DNA from: Eledone cirrhosa
Lineage: Eukaryota
DNA: 64,000 nt
Direction: 5' to 3'
NCBI GenBank assembly: GCA_964016885.1
Contig: OZ024742.1
Coordinates: forward strand, 159,588,001 to 159,652,000
Below are positions 38,818 through 52,800 of the stretch, in pieces. The notes under the pieces were generated by a model, which saw only the letters and a list, made by a program, of their open reading frames with translations, had not been told where the DNA came from and ran no database searches. How positions within the stretch are numbered: the stretch's first letter is position 1; each line of letters begins with the position of its first letter. A program made the translations under genes and the position numbers.

Positions 38818-39008
38818 AATTGTTTCTACTTTTGGCACAAAGCCAGCAATTACCCAGTGTATGACTGGTACTTTATTTTATCGACCTCGTGAGGATGAAA
38901 GGCAAAGTTAACCTCGGCGGGATTTGAACTTAGATCATAAAGGGCCGTAACTCTATGCTGTAAAACATGGTGTCCTACCCTCTACCGATACTGCCAATCC
39001 ACCGCCCT
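38818..39008 (-). mobile_element. tRNA-type SINE, full length
   Basis: Minus strand GGGCGGTGGATTGGCAGTATCGG...GTTCAAATCCC...GCCAAAAGTAGAAACAATTATT. Confidence 0.8.
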
Positions 39009-39239
39009 TGTTGATGATAATGATGTTGATGATAATAATGATTTATAAACAAGACTCACATTAAGAAAACGTTAAACACAGCAAAAAATAATGATAAAAG
39101 TCACATAAATTACCTCGATACTAGTTTTTTTCTTTTTTTAACGTGATGGTGTCATGTGAAAACACTGGTGTTAGTATAACCTTAAATTCACTAATCCTCT
39201 ATATGTGTGTTTAAATATCGAACCTTAATAGTTCAAATA

Positions 39240-42157
39240 ACGGTGAAAATGAGGCTGGAACTTCATGCGAAAGACTCTCGCCCAGCAAGTGCTCCCTGGC
39301 CTACCAGCAGAGACCTGGATGTCATCCAAATACTGCTGGTGTTGGAAGAAAAGGAAGGAATGAAGCAAGAACCAACGAAAGAGTTAAATAAAATTGTCAT
39401 GAAATATTATCTGAAGAGTGATCCCATGAAAAATTGCTATAAGAAAGGAATGCATAAAATCTAGAATGAGCTTGGTCTATTTAAATTAGGTGAACAAAAA
39501 TTGGTGGGTCAGGCTCTTGTAATAAGAACTAATGGATGGATAAGCGAGTTGGAACTGGAGGGACTGAGCAGAGAGATTAAGTTGAAAATGGAGGATGAGG
39601 CACATCAGGCAAATGAGCCAGTGGCAAATAAGGGTGAAGAGGTTGAGAGACCTGGGGAAGCAACCGAAGCAGACAATGACCTGAATGCTGAAATAAATAA
39701 TATCTGGAACAAAGACACGTCCATTGAGGAAATGAATGCTGACTGGCTAAGGCATGATTTTGTTGATATTCTGAACTTAGGGGTTGATGAAATGAACAAT
39801 GATTGTGGAAAAACCTATGAACCTAAGATTTGTAGACAGGAAAGAGTTATAAGAAACGGCGGCTAAGGTAAACAGGGTCGTCCCATACTTTGAGGCGAAG
39901 AACCTTCACCAAAGTAACAATATCCTCAAAGCGACCGCAAATGTGGAGAAAAAATTGCTTGGTATAAAAAGGAGAGGAAACAACAAACAAGAAAGGGCAG
40001 AGCCTTGGTGGAAGAAACGACTGAAAGGTCAAATCAAGGAAATGAGAAAAGACATTGGGAAGCTTGAGTCTTTACTAAACCAGACATTACGAAGGATAGA
40101 TTGAAAGGATATATTCAAAGTAAAATACAAGTCTAAGGGAAAAGAGCTAAATGTTATCGTAAGCAACGCATTATAGCGAAAAGGGCAATGATTAAACGAT
40201 ATGAGACAGTATAGACAGAATCGCATGTTTGACAACAACCAGAAGATGTTATTTAAACAGATTGGAGGAAAAGAAAGAGGTAACGACGCGATCCCTGAAG
40301 CTAAACAGACCAACGTATTTAGGAGAGGAATATGGGAGCAGAATGTTGAACATAATAGTCAGGCAGTGTGGATTGAGACAGTTAAAAAGAAGTTTAGTGA
40401 ACAAGCACACCAACATACTGATTTGAGTATCACGGTTGAAACTCTTAGATTGCAGGCCAATAAACTGGAAATCACCAGGCGCAAGGATATTGGACAAAAA
40501 ATATAATGTCCCTCCATCCAAAGCTGACAGCCATGTTCAATGACTGCTTGGTGTCGAGTGAAGTACCAGAGAGGCTGACAAAAGGTAATGATGTTACCAA
40601 CTATAGGCCTATCACATGTCTGTCCGTAATGTGGAAACTGTTAAGCATTGTGTCTGAGGAAATCTACTATCACCTCCACATAAACAATTTATTGCCGGAC
40701 GAACAGAAAGGATGCCGAAAGAAATCCCCTGGTACAAAAGATCAGTTACTTATTGATAAGATGGTAATAAAGAACTGAAAGAGGAGGCATACTGGCTTGC
40801 CATGAGATTGATAGACTACAAAAAGGCACTCGACATGGTTCCTCATTCTTGGATAACCAAAAGCCTAGAGATCTTCAAGTTGGTAGACAACATCAGACAG
40901 TTCTTAAGTAATAGTATGAAGACCAGTGATATAGAGCTAATATCAGGTGGAGAATTCTTGGGAGGAGTGAAGATCAAGAGAGGTATCTTCCAAGGAGAGT
41001 GTGTCCCCTTTGTTTTTTGTCCTTACCCTCATACCCTTGTCCCTCATATTGTGAAAAGTGAAAGCAGGATACAAGCTGGGAAGAGGAGAGTTCACCATCA
41101 ACCACCTCCTTTTCATGGACTATCTAAAACTCTTTGGGAAAAGCGAAAAAGAGTAGGATGTTAAACTTGTTAAACTGTCCGTATTTTCAGCAACGATATA
41201 TGTATGGAATTTGGTGTTAATAAATATGGAGTCATAATAATGAAGAGGGGTAAATTGAACAGAAGCAACGGAATCCAACGGTTGAGATGATAAAGGCAAT
41301 CGATACTGAAGAGGGATACAGGTATTTGGATGTTCTGGAGGCAGATGACATCAAGAACAATAAAATGAAGGAATTGATAAGATCTGAATACGTAAGGAGA
41401 GTAAGGAACATGCTAAAATCACATTTATAAAAAGTAGGAATTTCATAAGTGCCGTAAATTCCTGAACTGTGTCTATCATTAGGTATAGTGTGGGAATTCT
41501 GAAATGGAATGTTACTGAACCAAAAGAAATGGATAGAAAGACTAGGAAGCTAATGGCTACCTATAGCATGTTCCACAAGAGTGATGTTGATAGACTCTAC
41601 TTAAAGAGATCTGAATGGGGAGGAGGTCTTATCAGCGTCAAAGACTATGTTCAGATCGAGAAGAGCGGTCTACGCAATATGTGTCTGAGAGTAGGGAGCC
41701 GATGCTCAAAGTTGTACTGAAGAAGAAGACAATAGATAGGGGGTGCCCAAGAACAACAAATAGGAAGGACAACCTTCACGAAAAACACTTCATATCGCTT
41801 TTTTTAAGAAAACAAAATTCAGAGATCCACAGACATTGGAGCTGATTAAAAAGAGGAGACTTTAAAAAAGCTACAGAGGGAATGTTACTATAAAGGATGG
41901 GGGAACGATATAATAGGAAAGGTGATTCACTGGCATTTGTGCAAACTAAATAATTTTCAACATTCTGAGAAGTGGTATGACCATAAGCCAGAGTCGGTGA
42001 AAGAAAACGATAAAGTGAAGGTGCTATGGGATTTCAGGATACAGACAGACAAGAGATTAGAACAGAATATGTCTGACTTAGTGGTTTTTGACAAGGAAAA
42101 AAGATCGTGCCGGAGTGTAGATGTAGCCTGCTCCTTTGACACAAGAGTGCAAGAAAA
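39240..42157 (+). mobile_element. Decayed R4/Dong-like non-LTR retrotransposon (RT plus C-terminal restriction-like endonuclease)
   Basis: NYRPITCL, EQKGCRK...KDQLLID, IDYKKAxDMVPHSWI, KRGIFQG, GGGL and KWYDHKP...LWDFRIQTDK...xDLVV...VDVAC motifs; many stops and frameshifts. Confidence 0.82.
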
Positions 42158-42187
42158 TTAACTGATGTGTGTGTGTGTTTGAGTAGG

Positions 42188-42263
<76 letters not shown>

Positions 42264-42265
42264 AT

Positions 42266-42341
<76 letters not shown>

Positions 42342-42442
42342 TACATATATATGTATATATGTATATATACATATACATATATATACATATATATACAATA
42401 CGTACATTTATGTGTAATAACGAAATGTTGGAGCACCAATAG

Positions 42443-42476
<34 letters not shown>

Positions 42477-42481
<5 letters not shown>

Positions 42482-45470
42482 ATAATAATAAATTTGAAGA
42501 CTAAAATCCAAAGAGGGCTCGATAAGGGTAAATATATATCAGATATATAAGAACCGTAGAGCAAATATTTATTAAAATAACAGATTAGAGTTTAAGCAAA
42601 GAATCGCTGCTTTCACACTTAACGGGATCTTCTGAAACTAAAAAAGTCAATCTGTGAACGCAGAAGTGAATATTTCAAAAAAACGTTGCAACCGGAGGAA
42701 GACAGGAAGACGATACTTTGGTTCGTGGTAACGTTCCCTGGCAAAGAACGAAAAAAACGAAGATAATACGTCATTATTTGGTGCGGTGAAAACAATTACA
42801 CGCAAAGACAAAACCACGTTTATGGTATAAATGAAGTTGTAGACTAATATTCTATTAGATGGTTCATGGAGACGTCCTCTGGCAATGAACGGAAAAAAAC
42901 GAAGATAATACGTCATTATGTGGAGCGGTGAGAACAATTACACGCAAAGACAAAACCACGTTTAAGTTATAACTGAAGTCGCAGACTAAAATTCTATTTA
43001 GGAAACTGAATGATTCTCGGCTTCAGAGTTAAGAATAAAGTAAATAAAATACAGAGGTAATTGAAAATAAATATATACATACACGCATCCAAATACGTAC
43101 GTACACAATCATACACAAAACACTCACCATGGGTATGCAAATACGAGCACGTACACAAAAGAAAAACAAACACGCACGCACATACAGAACCCACGCAACG
43201 CCTGTACATACAAACGTATACATCAAATACACATAAAAATATATATAAAAAATATATATATATATATATGTGTGTGTGTGCGTGTAACATGATATATATA
43301 GATATACACACATAAATATGTAAATATCTATAACGCGCGCATACACATACCTACATGTAAAAACACATATGTTCGCGGACGTACGTCAACCAAAACACAA
43401 AGTATACATAAACACACACCCTACATACGTAAGAACCCGCATACTCACACAGACACAAAACACACGTATACACATAACCAAATGCACATGTAGCAGTATT
43501 TATAAACTATGCGCCATAACATATACAAGCAAATATACGTACGAGAAAGTATACGTACCTTCACAAAACATACAGGTAATATATACTTACCTATACAAAT
43601 AAGTAATGGTATAAATATTACATATACTTAGCTACCACATGAAGACGTAAAATATCCGCGTATAGTTCGTACTATCCGTTAGGGTATAATGTGGGGCTGT
43701 AATACAGGAAATGTTTGTGCAATTTATGTTTACAAGCCGAAATTGCCTCAGATTTTTTGTTTAAGATGTGGTCCCTGGCGTAGAGTATTTCCAGGGCCTC
43801 AGCAGCGCTGAGGTCACAAGGTCTTTTATTTCCGTTATACGATCTAGCCCTAGCTAGAATCTCCCAGTATAACTTATATTGGGTGTGGTTGTCTTTTAGA
43901 CTCCAGATATAAGCTGAAAGTGACGTCATATTCCTTCTTAAAGGGTTAAGAAAAGAATGGGTATGCGTGTAAAGACGCTGCTTGAATCTATTGGCGGTTA
44001 ACCCTCTGTAGGCGCTACGGGACGTGGGTGTTTCAACCTTACATCAGTAGACAATGTTACTAGATAGGCATTTCCCGGTTAGGGAGCAGTCAACCCGATT
44101 CCTACAATTACAGTTAGTACTAGCTACAGGGTTGCACATGTTCCTACGGCTAGGTAATGTAGCTAAATTTGAAGCTGTGATGTTATGTGCAAGGTTAGGA
44201 GTCGTAGAGTAAGAAATTTTAATGGTATTTCTATTAAAAATTTTACTATATTTATGTGTAGGGGGAAATAACGGAGAGAAAGATCTTAGCTAATGGTGTG
44301 GCCACCTCCATATTATATGGTGGGTTATACCATATAATGCGTCGGGATCTATTTCTTCTAGGTCTATTCTCGTACTCTGTATAAGCTACCTTATCGACAA
44401 ATCCATTCCGAGCAAGAGCTTCATTGTAATATGTGGAATGGTCGTTGAAAATATGCTCGTTTGTAGATAGACGGGAAAGCCTCAAAGAGACGTTTCTTAC
44501 CAGGTTCTTGGTTATGCTGGCAGGATGGTTAGAATGCTTACTTATGTAATTAAGCGTATCATTCGGCTTTCTCTACGGGTAGTGTAAACAATTCGACAAA
44601 TTAAGGGTAACGTCGAGGTAATTCACGACCGAGAGGTTGGCCTCAACCTGTATGGAGAGGTTGAAGCTTTTAAAGAAGGCTGTGAGTTATTTTCTGAACC
44701 TGTCGCAAGCACGTGGGCCGCACTTTGTCATGGTCAAAAGACCGTCATCACGGTACAAACCACCGCCCACGTTGGGGAATTCTTCCTTGATAGAGAAAAG
44801 AAGGAAAGGGCCGATAAGATCAGTAACCTCCGCAGAATCGCTGGCGCCCATACTCACGTTGAATGGGGTACTATTAGATTTTTTAATCCAAATAGAGTCG
44901 TCAAAATTAATCACCGACTTACGGGCATTGAGGATGACATCAACTTCGAAATCCTTAACCACTGTGGATGCATGTATGTATATATTTATTTTCAATTACC
45001 TCTGTATTTTATTTACTTTATTCTTAACTCTGAAGCCCGAGAATCATTCGGTTTTCTAAATAGAATTTTAGTCTGCGACTTCAGTTATACCATAAACGTG
45101 GTTTTGTCTTTGCGTGTAATTGTTCTCACCGCTCCACATAATGACGTATTATCTTCGTTTTTTCCGTTCATTGCCAGAGGACGTCTCCATGAACCACCTA
45201 ATAGAATATTAGTCTACGACTTCATTTATACCATAAACGTGGTTTTGTCTTTGCGTGTAATTGTTTTCACCGCACCAAATAATGATGTATTATCTTCGTT
45301 TTTTTTTTCGTTCTTTGCCAGGGAACGTTTCCTGTCTTCCTTTGGTTGCAACGTTTTTTGAAATATTTACTTCTGCGTTCACAGATTGACTTTTTTAGTT
45401 TCAGAAGATCCCGTTAAGGGTGAAAGCAGCGATTCTTTGCTTAAACTTTAATCTGTTATTTTAATAAATT
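42477..45470 (-). mobile_element. Penelope-like element fragment (RT plus C-terminal GIY-YIG, 43672-44964) bracketed by ~520-bp inverted repeats
   Basis: FNVSMGASDSAEV, GLYRDDGL, IIWYNPPYN, CNC...C...C, SLSAYIWSLK motifs; 42570-43091 is inverted at 44965-45470. Confidence 0.82.
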
Positions 45471-45489
45471 TATATATATATATATATAT

Positions 45490-46295
45490 GTCTCAATTAG
45501 AATCTCTGGCCTCTCGGCCAATGAAGATATATTTAACGCCTCCGCCTCCTACTACAATGACACCCTCACCCGCAGCGGATTTAAAGAAAAGATAACTTAC
45601 CTAGAAACCACTGCAAGACTATCTAGGAGGAAAAGGCATAGGCAGATTAGTTGGTACAACCCCCCTTTCAATAGAGAGGTCTCTACACCTATAGCTAGGA
45701 CTTTCTTCATTTTGCTGAACACACACTTCCCCATACAACATAGGTACTACACCATCTTCAATAAGAACACAATAAGACTCTCCTACTCCACTACACCTAA
45801 CCTAGCTAGGAATATAGCCAATCTCAATTCTAAAAAATTAAATAAGCCAACTACCTCCGAACCCAGTCCCCGGACTGAAGTCTTGTGCAATTGCCTAAAT
45901 TATGAAGCCTGCCCAGTTGAAAACAAATGCCTGACAAATGACATCGTATACAAATGTGATGTTATCTCAGGCACCGATGATAGCAACAACAAAAAGACTT
46001 ACATCGGCATGACTTCCAATAATTTTAAGACCCGGTGGGATGCCCATACCCACTCTTTCAGAAGACCGGACAAATCAAATCAGACAACGCTCGCCTCCTA
46101 TGTCTGGGACCTCAAAAGAAACTCCACCTTCACGCTTAAATGGAAAATACTCCAGAAAGCGCGCTCATACAAGGGAGGACACAAGTGCTTTGACCTTTGT
46201 ATCTCAGAGAGCTACGAAATATTATTTGCCAAGGGCCCGCTACTGAACAAACTCTCTGAACACTGCCCGAATTGCATGCACAAAAACTTTGCAAC
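45490..46295 (+). mobile_element. Penelope-like element 3' fragment (GIY-YIG endonuclease)
   Basis: WYNPPFN, IRLSYSTTPNL, CNC..CPVENKC..DIVYKC..YIGMTSNNFKTRW..H; related to 43672-44485 but in opposite orientation; bounded by (TA)n. Confidence 0.85.
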
Positions 46296-46309
46296 TATAT
46301 ATATATATA

Positions 46310-46680
46310 AATGTATGTATAGCATATTTGGCAATATACCGTATGTTTAATTATAAACATTTAGAAGACCATACACTATCAGTTTTAAAGTAGTGATTAT
46401 GTCACTTACTTCTTTTCGGGGAAAGAAGGGAGGGAAGCTAACAGTCTGTTTCACGATGGTTGGCGTTCATCAGAGCCACGTACTCCCCTGCTTCCGCCGA
46501 AAATTATAGAAGCCGGATTCTTATAGAATTCCACTAATAATCAGGAGCTGATTATACAGAGCGATTGCCGGTCCAAAAGAAGTAAGTGACATAGTAACTA
46601 CTTTAAAACCGATAGCGTATGGTCTTCTAAATGTTTTTGATTAAACATACGGTATATGCCAAATATACTATACATACATT
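46310..46680. repeat. Fold-back with ~107-bp diverged arms around a hammerhead
   Basis: 46310-46416 is approximately the reverse complement of 46575-46680. Confidence 0.85.
46421..46495 (-). ncRNA. Type I hammerhead ribozyme
   Basis: Minus strand GGGGAG..GGCT-CTGATGA-ACG ccaaccat CGT-GAAA-CAGACTG-TT-AGCT..CTCCCT; intact core and extended stem I; GUU triplet. Confidence 0.65.
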
Positions 46681-47059
46681 CTTGTATACATCGCTATTTC
46701 AGAGCACCAATCGTAATACTTGTTGATGAAAAACTTTAGAGAGTCTTTTGCCTTTGAATTTATGAGGTTGTAAGCAACGTCACACACTTAGTCTTATCAA
46801 AATGTTGAGAGGAAATACATTTGACCATAGAAAACCTGCTAAAAAAGGGGTTGTAAGAATATTTTAGTTCTATAAAGACATGACAACTACACTAGTGTTG
46901 GTAATTTACATGATAAGCACGTTGATAGAAAAGGCATCAAGCTGTTAAAAATATGCCAAAAAAAGGCATAGCTACCTCCTTAATGCTAAATTCCTCATAA
47001 AATGCACTCAGTAGAGAACAGTGTGTCAGATGCAGGCCCCTAGGCCATCTGAGATATCT

Positions 47060-47625
47060 GTAATACCACCTGAGTAACTCTGTCTGTGAAGACCTGGAAC
47101 TCTTATTACCTGGAAAGTTAAATTATCTCCTTTTTCTTCTTCACTCACCTATTCCTGAGAGGGTCGTGGGGGTAGTGTTCTCTAACATTCCTTCCGGTGG
47201 GTCCGGTCAGAAGCAACTGTCTCCAACTGATCCGGATGGATCCCCATGCGAGACCAGCTGAGCTCATGGATGTTATCCAACCATCTTGCTCGTGGTTTAC
47301 CTCTGTATCCTGCCAGTTGGTTTTACCCGTAAAATCTATCCAGCAATTCTTTCCTGAGACATTCTAATCACATTCCCATAGTATCGAAGCTGTGATCTCT
47401 CAATTCCGAGACGTAGCTGCTGTACCTAGCGTGACTCGCTGATCTCTGAGCTACGTACTTTATCGAATAACGTTACTCCCAAAACCCTTCGGCGGAACCT
47501 CATTTCAACCGCTTGATTTCGTGATCGTATTCTTTCGGTCATTACTCAAGGTTCATGACCATAGTTAAGGTTTGGCATGAATACTGAATTGAAGATAGAG
47601 AGTTTGACTTTTACACCTACCTCCC
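47060..47625 (-). mobile_element. RTE-like LINE 3' fragment
   Basis: Minus-strand translation resembles PxLxYGHExxVMTERIRSRxQAVEMRF, an RTE C-terminal block. Confidence 0.55.
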
Positions 47626-47867
47626 TGATGACGATGAAAATGAGGATAATGATGAAATGTATAAGCTTTGCTTGTCATTCTTTCAAAGTCAATGAAAAGA
47701 GTACTAGTGCAGTGCTGAGATGGAGTCTTCCTCACCCCCTTCCCTCATTTTGTCATCGGTTTAGTTAAATAAAATTATGATAGTCATAAACAGTCATAAA
47801 ATATTTCTTTGTGATAATGATTACAGAGTTCATATATATATTATCAACTGTAATATATTAATTTCAG

Positions 47868-47953
47868 AACTGGGGAGTTTCATATAAAAGGTAACAATAG
47901 CAGGAGAATGAATGTTAGAAATGGGACAATTCGTTACAGAAAAGTCTTAACAG
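47868..47953 (+). CDS. Exon 4 of host gene ((R)TGEFHIKGNNSRRMNVRNGTIRYRKVLT)
   Basis: Acceptor atttcAG, consensus donor CAG|GTAAGT; 86 nt; open in the frame required by the phase-2 end of exon 3; exits phase 1. Confidence 0.68.
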
Positions 47954-47985
47954 GTAAGTTCTTTATTTTATTTTATGTCAAAATG

Positions 47986-48026
<41 letters not shown>

Positions 48027-48033
<7 letters not shown>

Positions 48034-48260
48034 GAGATCAAAAGATGGTTAAAGGAGTTCCATGTATTTTATTATGCGCATTTCAAAAACAAACATCATC
48101 ATGCAATAATATTTGTGTTTTCATCAGATAAAACAGGAGAACATGATATGAAGGCTAAAAAACACTTGTGGATAGTGCAGTTTTAAATCAACATATCATT
48201 TTGAAATGCGCATAATAAAATACATGGAACTCCTTTAACCATCTTTTGATCTTATATTAT
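48027..48260. repeat. Fold-back with ~62-bp arms next to (TA)n
   Basis: 48027-48088 is the reverse complement of 48198-48260. Confidence 0.85.
48066..48134 (-). ncRNA. Type I minimal hammerhead ribozyme
   Basis: Minus strand GTTTTAT-CTGATGA-AAACACAAATATT..GATGTTTGTTTTT-GAAA-TGCGCA-TA-ATAAAAT; perfect palindromic stem III ATGCGCAT. Confidence 0.75.
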
Positions 48261-48343
48261 GTATACTCCAGTCCTACAAACTGTAGAGTGCTTCTTATCC
48301 GATATCTGCATTGCTTTATTGTACTACAATAAAACTCACCCCC

Positions 48344-48435
<92 letters not shown>

Positions 48436-48465
48436 AAATAGTTTTATCGCTCTACATGGCTCTAC

Positions 48466-48794
48466 AAGAATTGTAAATATGAGTTTTTCGAACATAATAA
48501 TATTCGATTCGTTTGCTATTATGCTAATATGCAAATCAAGCAATCAGTCAATGTATATTCCAGAAAATATCATATATTTTCACTAGTTCTGACAGTTGGC
48601 AGTTAAGCAGTATACGGTACTGATGAAGGGTAATCACCAAGAAAAATTAGTGTCTGCCGTTATGTTTACATGCTAACACAAGAGCAAGAATGACGTTGTC
48701 ATTCTACTGACATGGCTTAAAGAGGCTGTTTGTATAATTGCAAACGAATCGAATATTATTATTAATATTCTAAAAACTCAGATTTACATTTCTT
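48466..48794. repeat. Fold-back (~60-bp diverged arms) around a degenerate hammerhead at 48614-48660 (+)
   Basis: Arms at 48466-48524 and 48732-48794; ACGGTA-CTGATGA-..GGT aatc ACC..-GAAA-AATTAGTG-TC-TGCCGT. Confidence 0.65.
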
Positions 48795-48805
48795 ATATAT
48801 ATATA

Positions 48806-49863
48806 AAGTAAAATTGAGATGGAGGGTTTGTGTTTCTGTGGTGGTGTGTCTCGCGTCAAACTGGTGTTTGAAAATTATTTCTGTTTTCTACAAAAATGTG
48901 GCTCAGATTGCTATTTTTTAAAATGGAATGTTGTTGGTTGATGACAGTCACGTGATTAGGTATAGTCATTTTTACGCCAGAAAAAGTGGCTCAAAATTGC
49001 TATTTGTTTAAAATGCGATTTTATTGGTTGGTATTAGTTACGTGACATAATTTTTGCGCAAAAAATAGATGCTCAGAAAAAGGAAGAAGAGAAAAATTGG
49101 AGTGTTCTGGTTCAGTGAGTATGGCTAATGTCGAACTGCTGAGGAGTGTCAAATTTCAGAATTTCTATTGTAGTAGACTCGCAAACAATTGAATGTATAA
49201 GAAATTGGTTTATATGTATGTGTCCCAATTCAATAAGGAGTTTAGTGTTTACATAATATTACAAATTGCTCACAATTCTTTCAGAATAACACAACAAATA
49301 TATTAGTGTGAGTGTGTGTCTGAGAAACATATACATATACATCAGGTCCAAATACAAAGGAATCAAACTCCCACTGCCATTGCCTCCTCCATCTCCCCCG
49401 CTCTCCCCATCTCTTACCATTAGAAAATGAAGGCCCATGCGCTGACCACCTCGCGGTTCCGGTGGACAGAGTCCCATGATGATTACGATGGTGACGGCGA
49501 TGGTGATGGCAGGGTAGTAAGAATTTGAGTATTTGTGTGTATATGTGTGTGTGCCTGTTGTGGATACTGAATTGTATTTGTGTGATTGTGTGTGAGAGAG
49601 AGAGCGAGTGTGTGTATGTGTGTGCGTGTGTAGCAGTGGCGGTTTATCACCTTAATAATAACAGTAATAAAATTGATTCCATTATTAAAATGGAGAAGGA
49701 TGTTGTGGGGGGGGGGGGGATATAAAAGTGTGTGGATGGCTAACATATTAAGATATTAAAATATTAAAGTATATTTAGCTAAAACAGGAAGAATTTTCGA
49801 TCACCAGTTAGATGCGAAACACACCACAACAAAAACACAAACCCTCCATCTCTACTTTACTTT
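48806..49863. mobile_element. Non-autonomous TIR element (~1.06 kb, ~80-bp imperfect terminal inverted repeats)
   Basis: 48806-48887 (AAAGTAAAATTGAGATGGAGGGTTTGTGTTT...) is inverted at 49781-49863; no coding capacity inside. Confidence 0.65.
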
Positions 49864-49899
49864 TGATAATCATAAGAACTTTGAAACGGGTAAAGTAAG

Positions 49900-52800
49900 T
49901 AAATATTCTTAAAAGATTCCAGTTGCATTTTCAAATTTTTTTCCTAATATTTTTACCCGTGTGGGACATTTAAAAAAACATCACGCTCTTATATATATCC
50001 ACCACACGATGCCAGAAAATGCCGCCAAAGTTTCAGCAAAACAACACATTGAACCAAAACATTCTAAAAGAACTAAAAGAGATTTCCTCCACGCTGTCAA
50101 TCTTGACCAACAAAGTATTTCAAATAGACATCTATAAAAAAGGACTCCAGTAAGGAAAAAAATACCCAAGAAACGGATATTAATCCAGCATTAAACAAAT
50201 TAATTAAAACCATTGAGACAGCAATTCTCCAAAAGCAAGAACAACCAATAAAATTCAATCTATGAAAAGTCCACTCAGTGAAAAGCACCCTAAATAATAC
50301 ATGAACTCAAAAACTCACAACCCGCAAATTTGCCTTTTGGAATTTCCTAAAAAAAAAACGGCAAGGCAGACATATATGAAAAATGGCTAGATTCTACTAC
50401 AATCATCTTCCCCCAAAAAAACTCCAAATAAAACCCATCTCAAATGAACCGGAAAACCAACAAAGCCTTAGAGAATATATGGCCTTAGAAAAATTTTAAA
50501 TGGAGATAGAACTGCAACGATTAAGAACCAACTCCATCGAGGAAAAGTTCAAGTCATTCGAGCAACAAATGGAAACAGAAATTTCGAAGCACACTGAACG
50601 CCTACTCTATGAAAAACCCCACCAAACTTTAGAAAGAAAATTGTGAGAATGAAGAACTAACATCCTTTCAACGATGAGAAAAAAATACCACCTGGTTTAC
50701 CAATTACGAAATGGAATTCAAAAACGAGTTATAGCCCTTCAGGCTATAACAGTGGAGTTCAAGACCGGCTGCCCATGGGAACTCCTATACGCAGATGATC
50801 TAACGCTCATAGCTGAATCAATGGCCGAACTAGAGAAGAAATTCCAAACATGGAAGCATGGCCTAGAATCAAAAGGCCTTAAAATTAACCTATCTAAGAC
50901 TAAAGTTCTAGTTTGTAGGAAGGAAAATAGGGCACCCGTCCCATCCGGGAAATGGCCATGCTCAGTGTGTAGGAAAGGAGTAGGTAGAAAGTCCATTTTA
51001 TGTCCCAAATGCAGAGTATGGGTGCATAAAAGATATAGTGGGATCACAGGTAAGCTAACTAAGAATATAGATTTTATATGTGGCCGGTGCTCTGGTGCAA
51101 TAAGTAGCAGCAAGTGCCCACAGAATACTAGCTCATTCCATTGCACAGATAGTTCTATAGAAATAGTGGACACCTTCCGTTACTTGGGTGACAAAATCAG
51201 CAGTGGTGGAGGGTGCTTTGAAAGTACAGTAGCTAGAGTCAGAACTGGATGGAAAAAGTTCAGAGAGCTTATACCACTATTAGCCGCTAAAGGGTTCTCT
51301 CTAAAAATGAAAGGCAGGCTGTATGATGCCTGCATACGAACAGCAATGTTACATGGCAGTGAGACCTGGACATTGTATGCAGAGGATATACGCAGACTGG
51401 AGAGGAACGAAGCTTGCATGCTCCGCTGGATGTGTAATAGTAATATACGTGAACGGCAAAGCATAAACGAACTAAGGGAAAAATTAAAAAATAAGAGGGA
51501 TCAGATGTTGTTTACTCGAGAGAAGATTACGTTGGTATGGTCACGTGATGCGCATGAAAGACGACAGCTGTATAAAAAAGTGCAGGGCAATAAAAATAGA
51601 CGGTAGCCACGGAGTAGGCAGACCCAGAAAAACCTGGGACGACTTGATAAATTCCGACCTCACACACTTGCACCTCTCCAAGACAAAGTCACTGGACCGA
51701 GATCTTTGGCGCTACACAGTAATACAGAAGACCCGCCTTACCTAAGTGCAAAGTAAAACATACTACAGTCAGTAGGCACCTCTAACAAAATACACCCCCG
51801 TCCCACTACCCCCACCCCATCCACACCACACCCTTCAATGTAAAGTTATGTTGGTACCACAACATCCAGTCCGAAACAAATGAGGTCGTGTAGGTGTCAC
51901 GACAAAAATACACACAGTCCACGCTGTAATGTGGCCGTGTAGGAAACACGGTAAAAACCTCCCAGTCCACACTGTAAATGTGGTTGGTGTTAGGAAGGGC
52001 ATCCAGCCGTAGAAAACCCGCCAGACAGTCCTATGCGAACAAGACAACCACTCTTACCTCAAGTGGGAAAACTCCCTCCAAACCCATGCAAGCGTGGAAG
52101 ATGGACGTTAAACGAAGATGATGATGATGATGATGATGATGAACACCATACAGGTAACACATTCTTTAAAAAATTTAAATTCACACACCACATTCACAAC
52201 AAACAAAACAAATAGCAAAGCGTCAAACACACACTCAACAAAACTATGACCATAATCCCAGGAATGATAGACAACACTATAGCCCTACTAAAATAACCCA
52301 AACGCCCCCTAACTCAAGACAGGACTTGATCCGACATCGTAGATCCCAATTCACACAGATCTTGTTCCAAAATCGTAGATCCTAACCCACAGAAAGGAAC
52401 AAAATTACAACCCGAACCTAAGTACGCCCGAAACTACTATAAAAGATCACGCAATAATAGTAAGAGTGCCATCAGATACAGAAATACCCATGAAAGAACA
52501 ATTTTGAAAGATCATTTTTCAGACCAAGACAACTGGATCCATGACACCCGGTGGGGCAAACCGATTTTCAAACACCGAAAATAATCAATCTTTCAAATAC
52601 AAATCTCTCAACCTAACAAATTAAAATAAAATCATATCAAAAGGACTGGAATTCATCCCAACACCACAATACTCTAACTGCAATGAGATACACGACAATA
52701 TTTCACACATATGTAGAAAATTACGTCTACCAGAGGACTTTTTGACAAGGAGATTAGCGATGAATCAATTCTACGGAATAAAAGCAGCTACAAACCTACA

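Noticed and set aside
42700-42990. Repeated ~130-bp units as a CRISPR-like array
   Set aside because: Simple internal tandem duplication in a eukaryotic repeat; no unique spacers or cas genes.
44044-44046. In-frame TGA in the Penelope GIY-YIG region as possible selenocysteine (reported for Naiad PLEs)
   Set aside because: It aligns with Lys (IVYKC) in the related copy, not Cys; the endonuclease is C-terminal and the copy is otherwise decayed, so an ordinary nonsense mutation is more likely.
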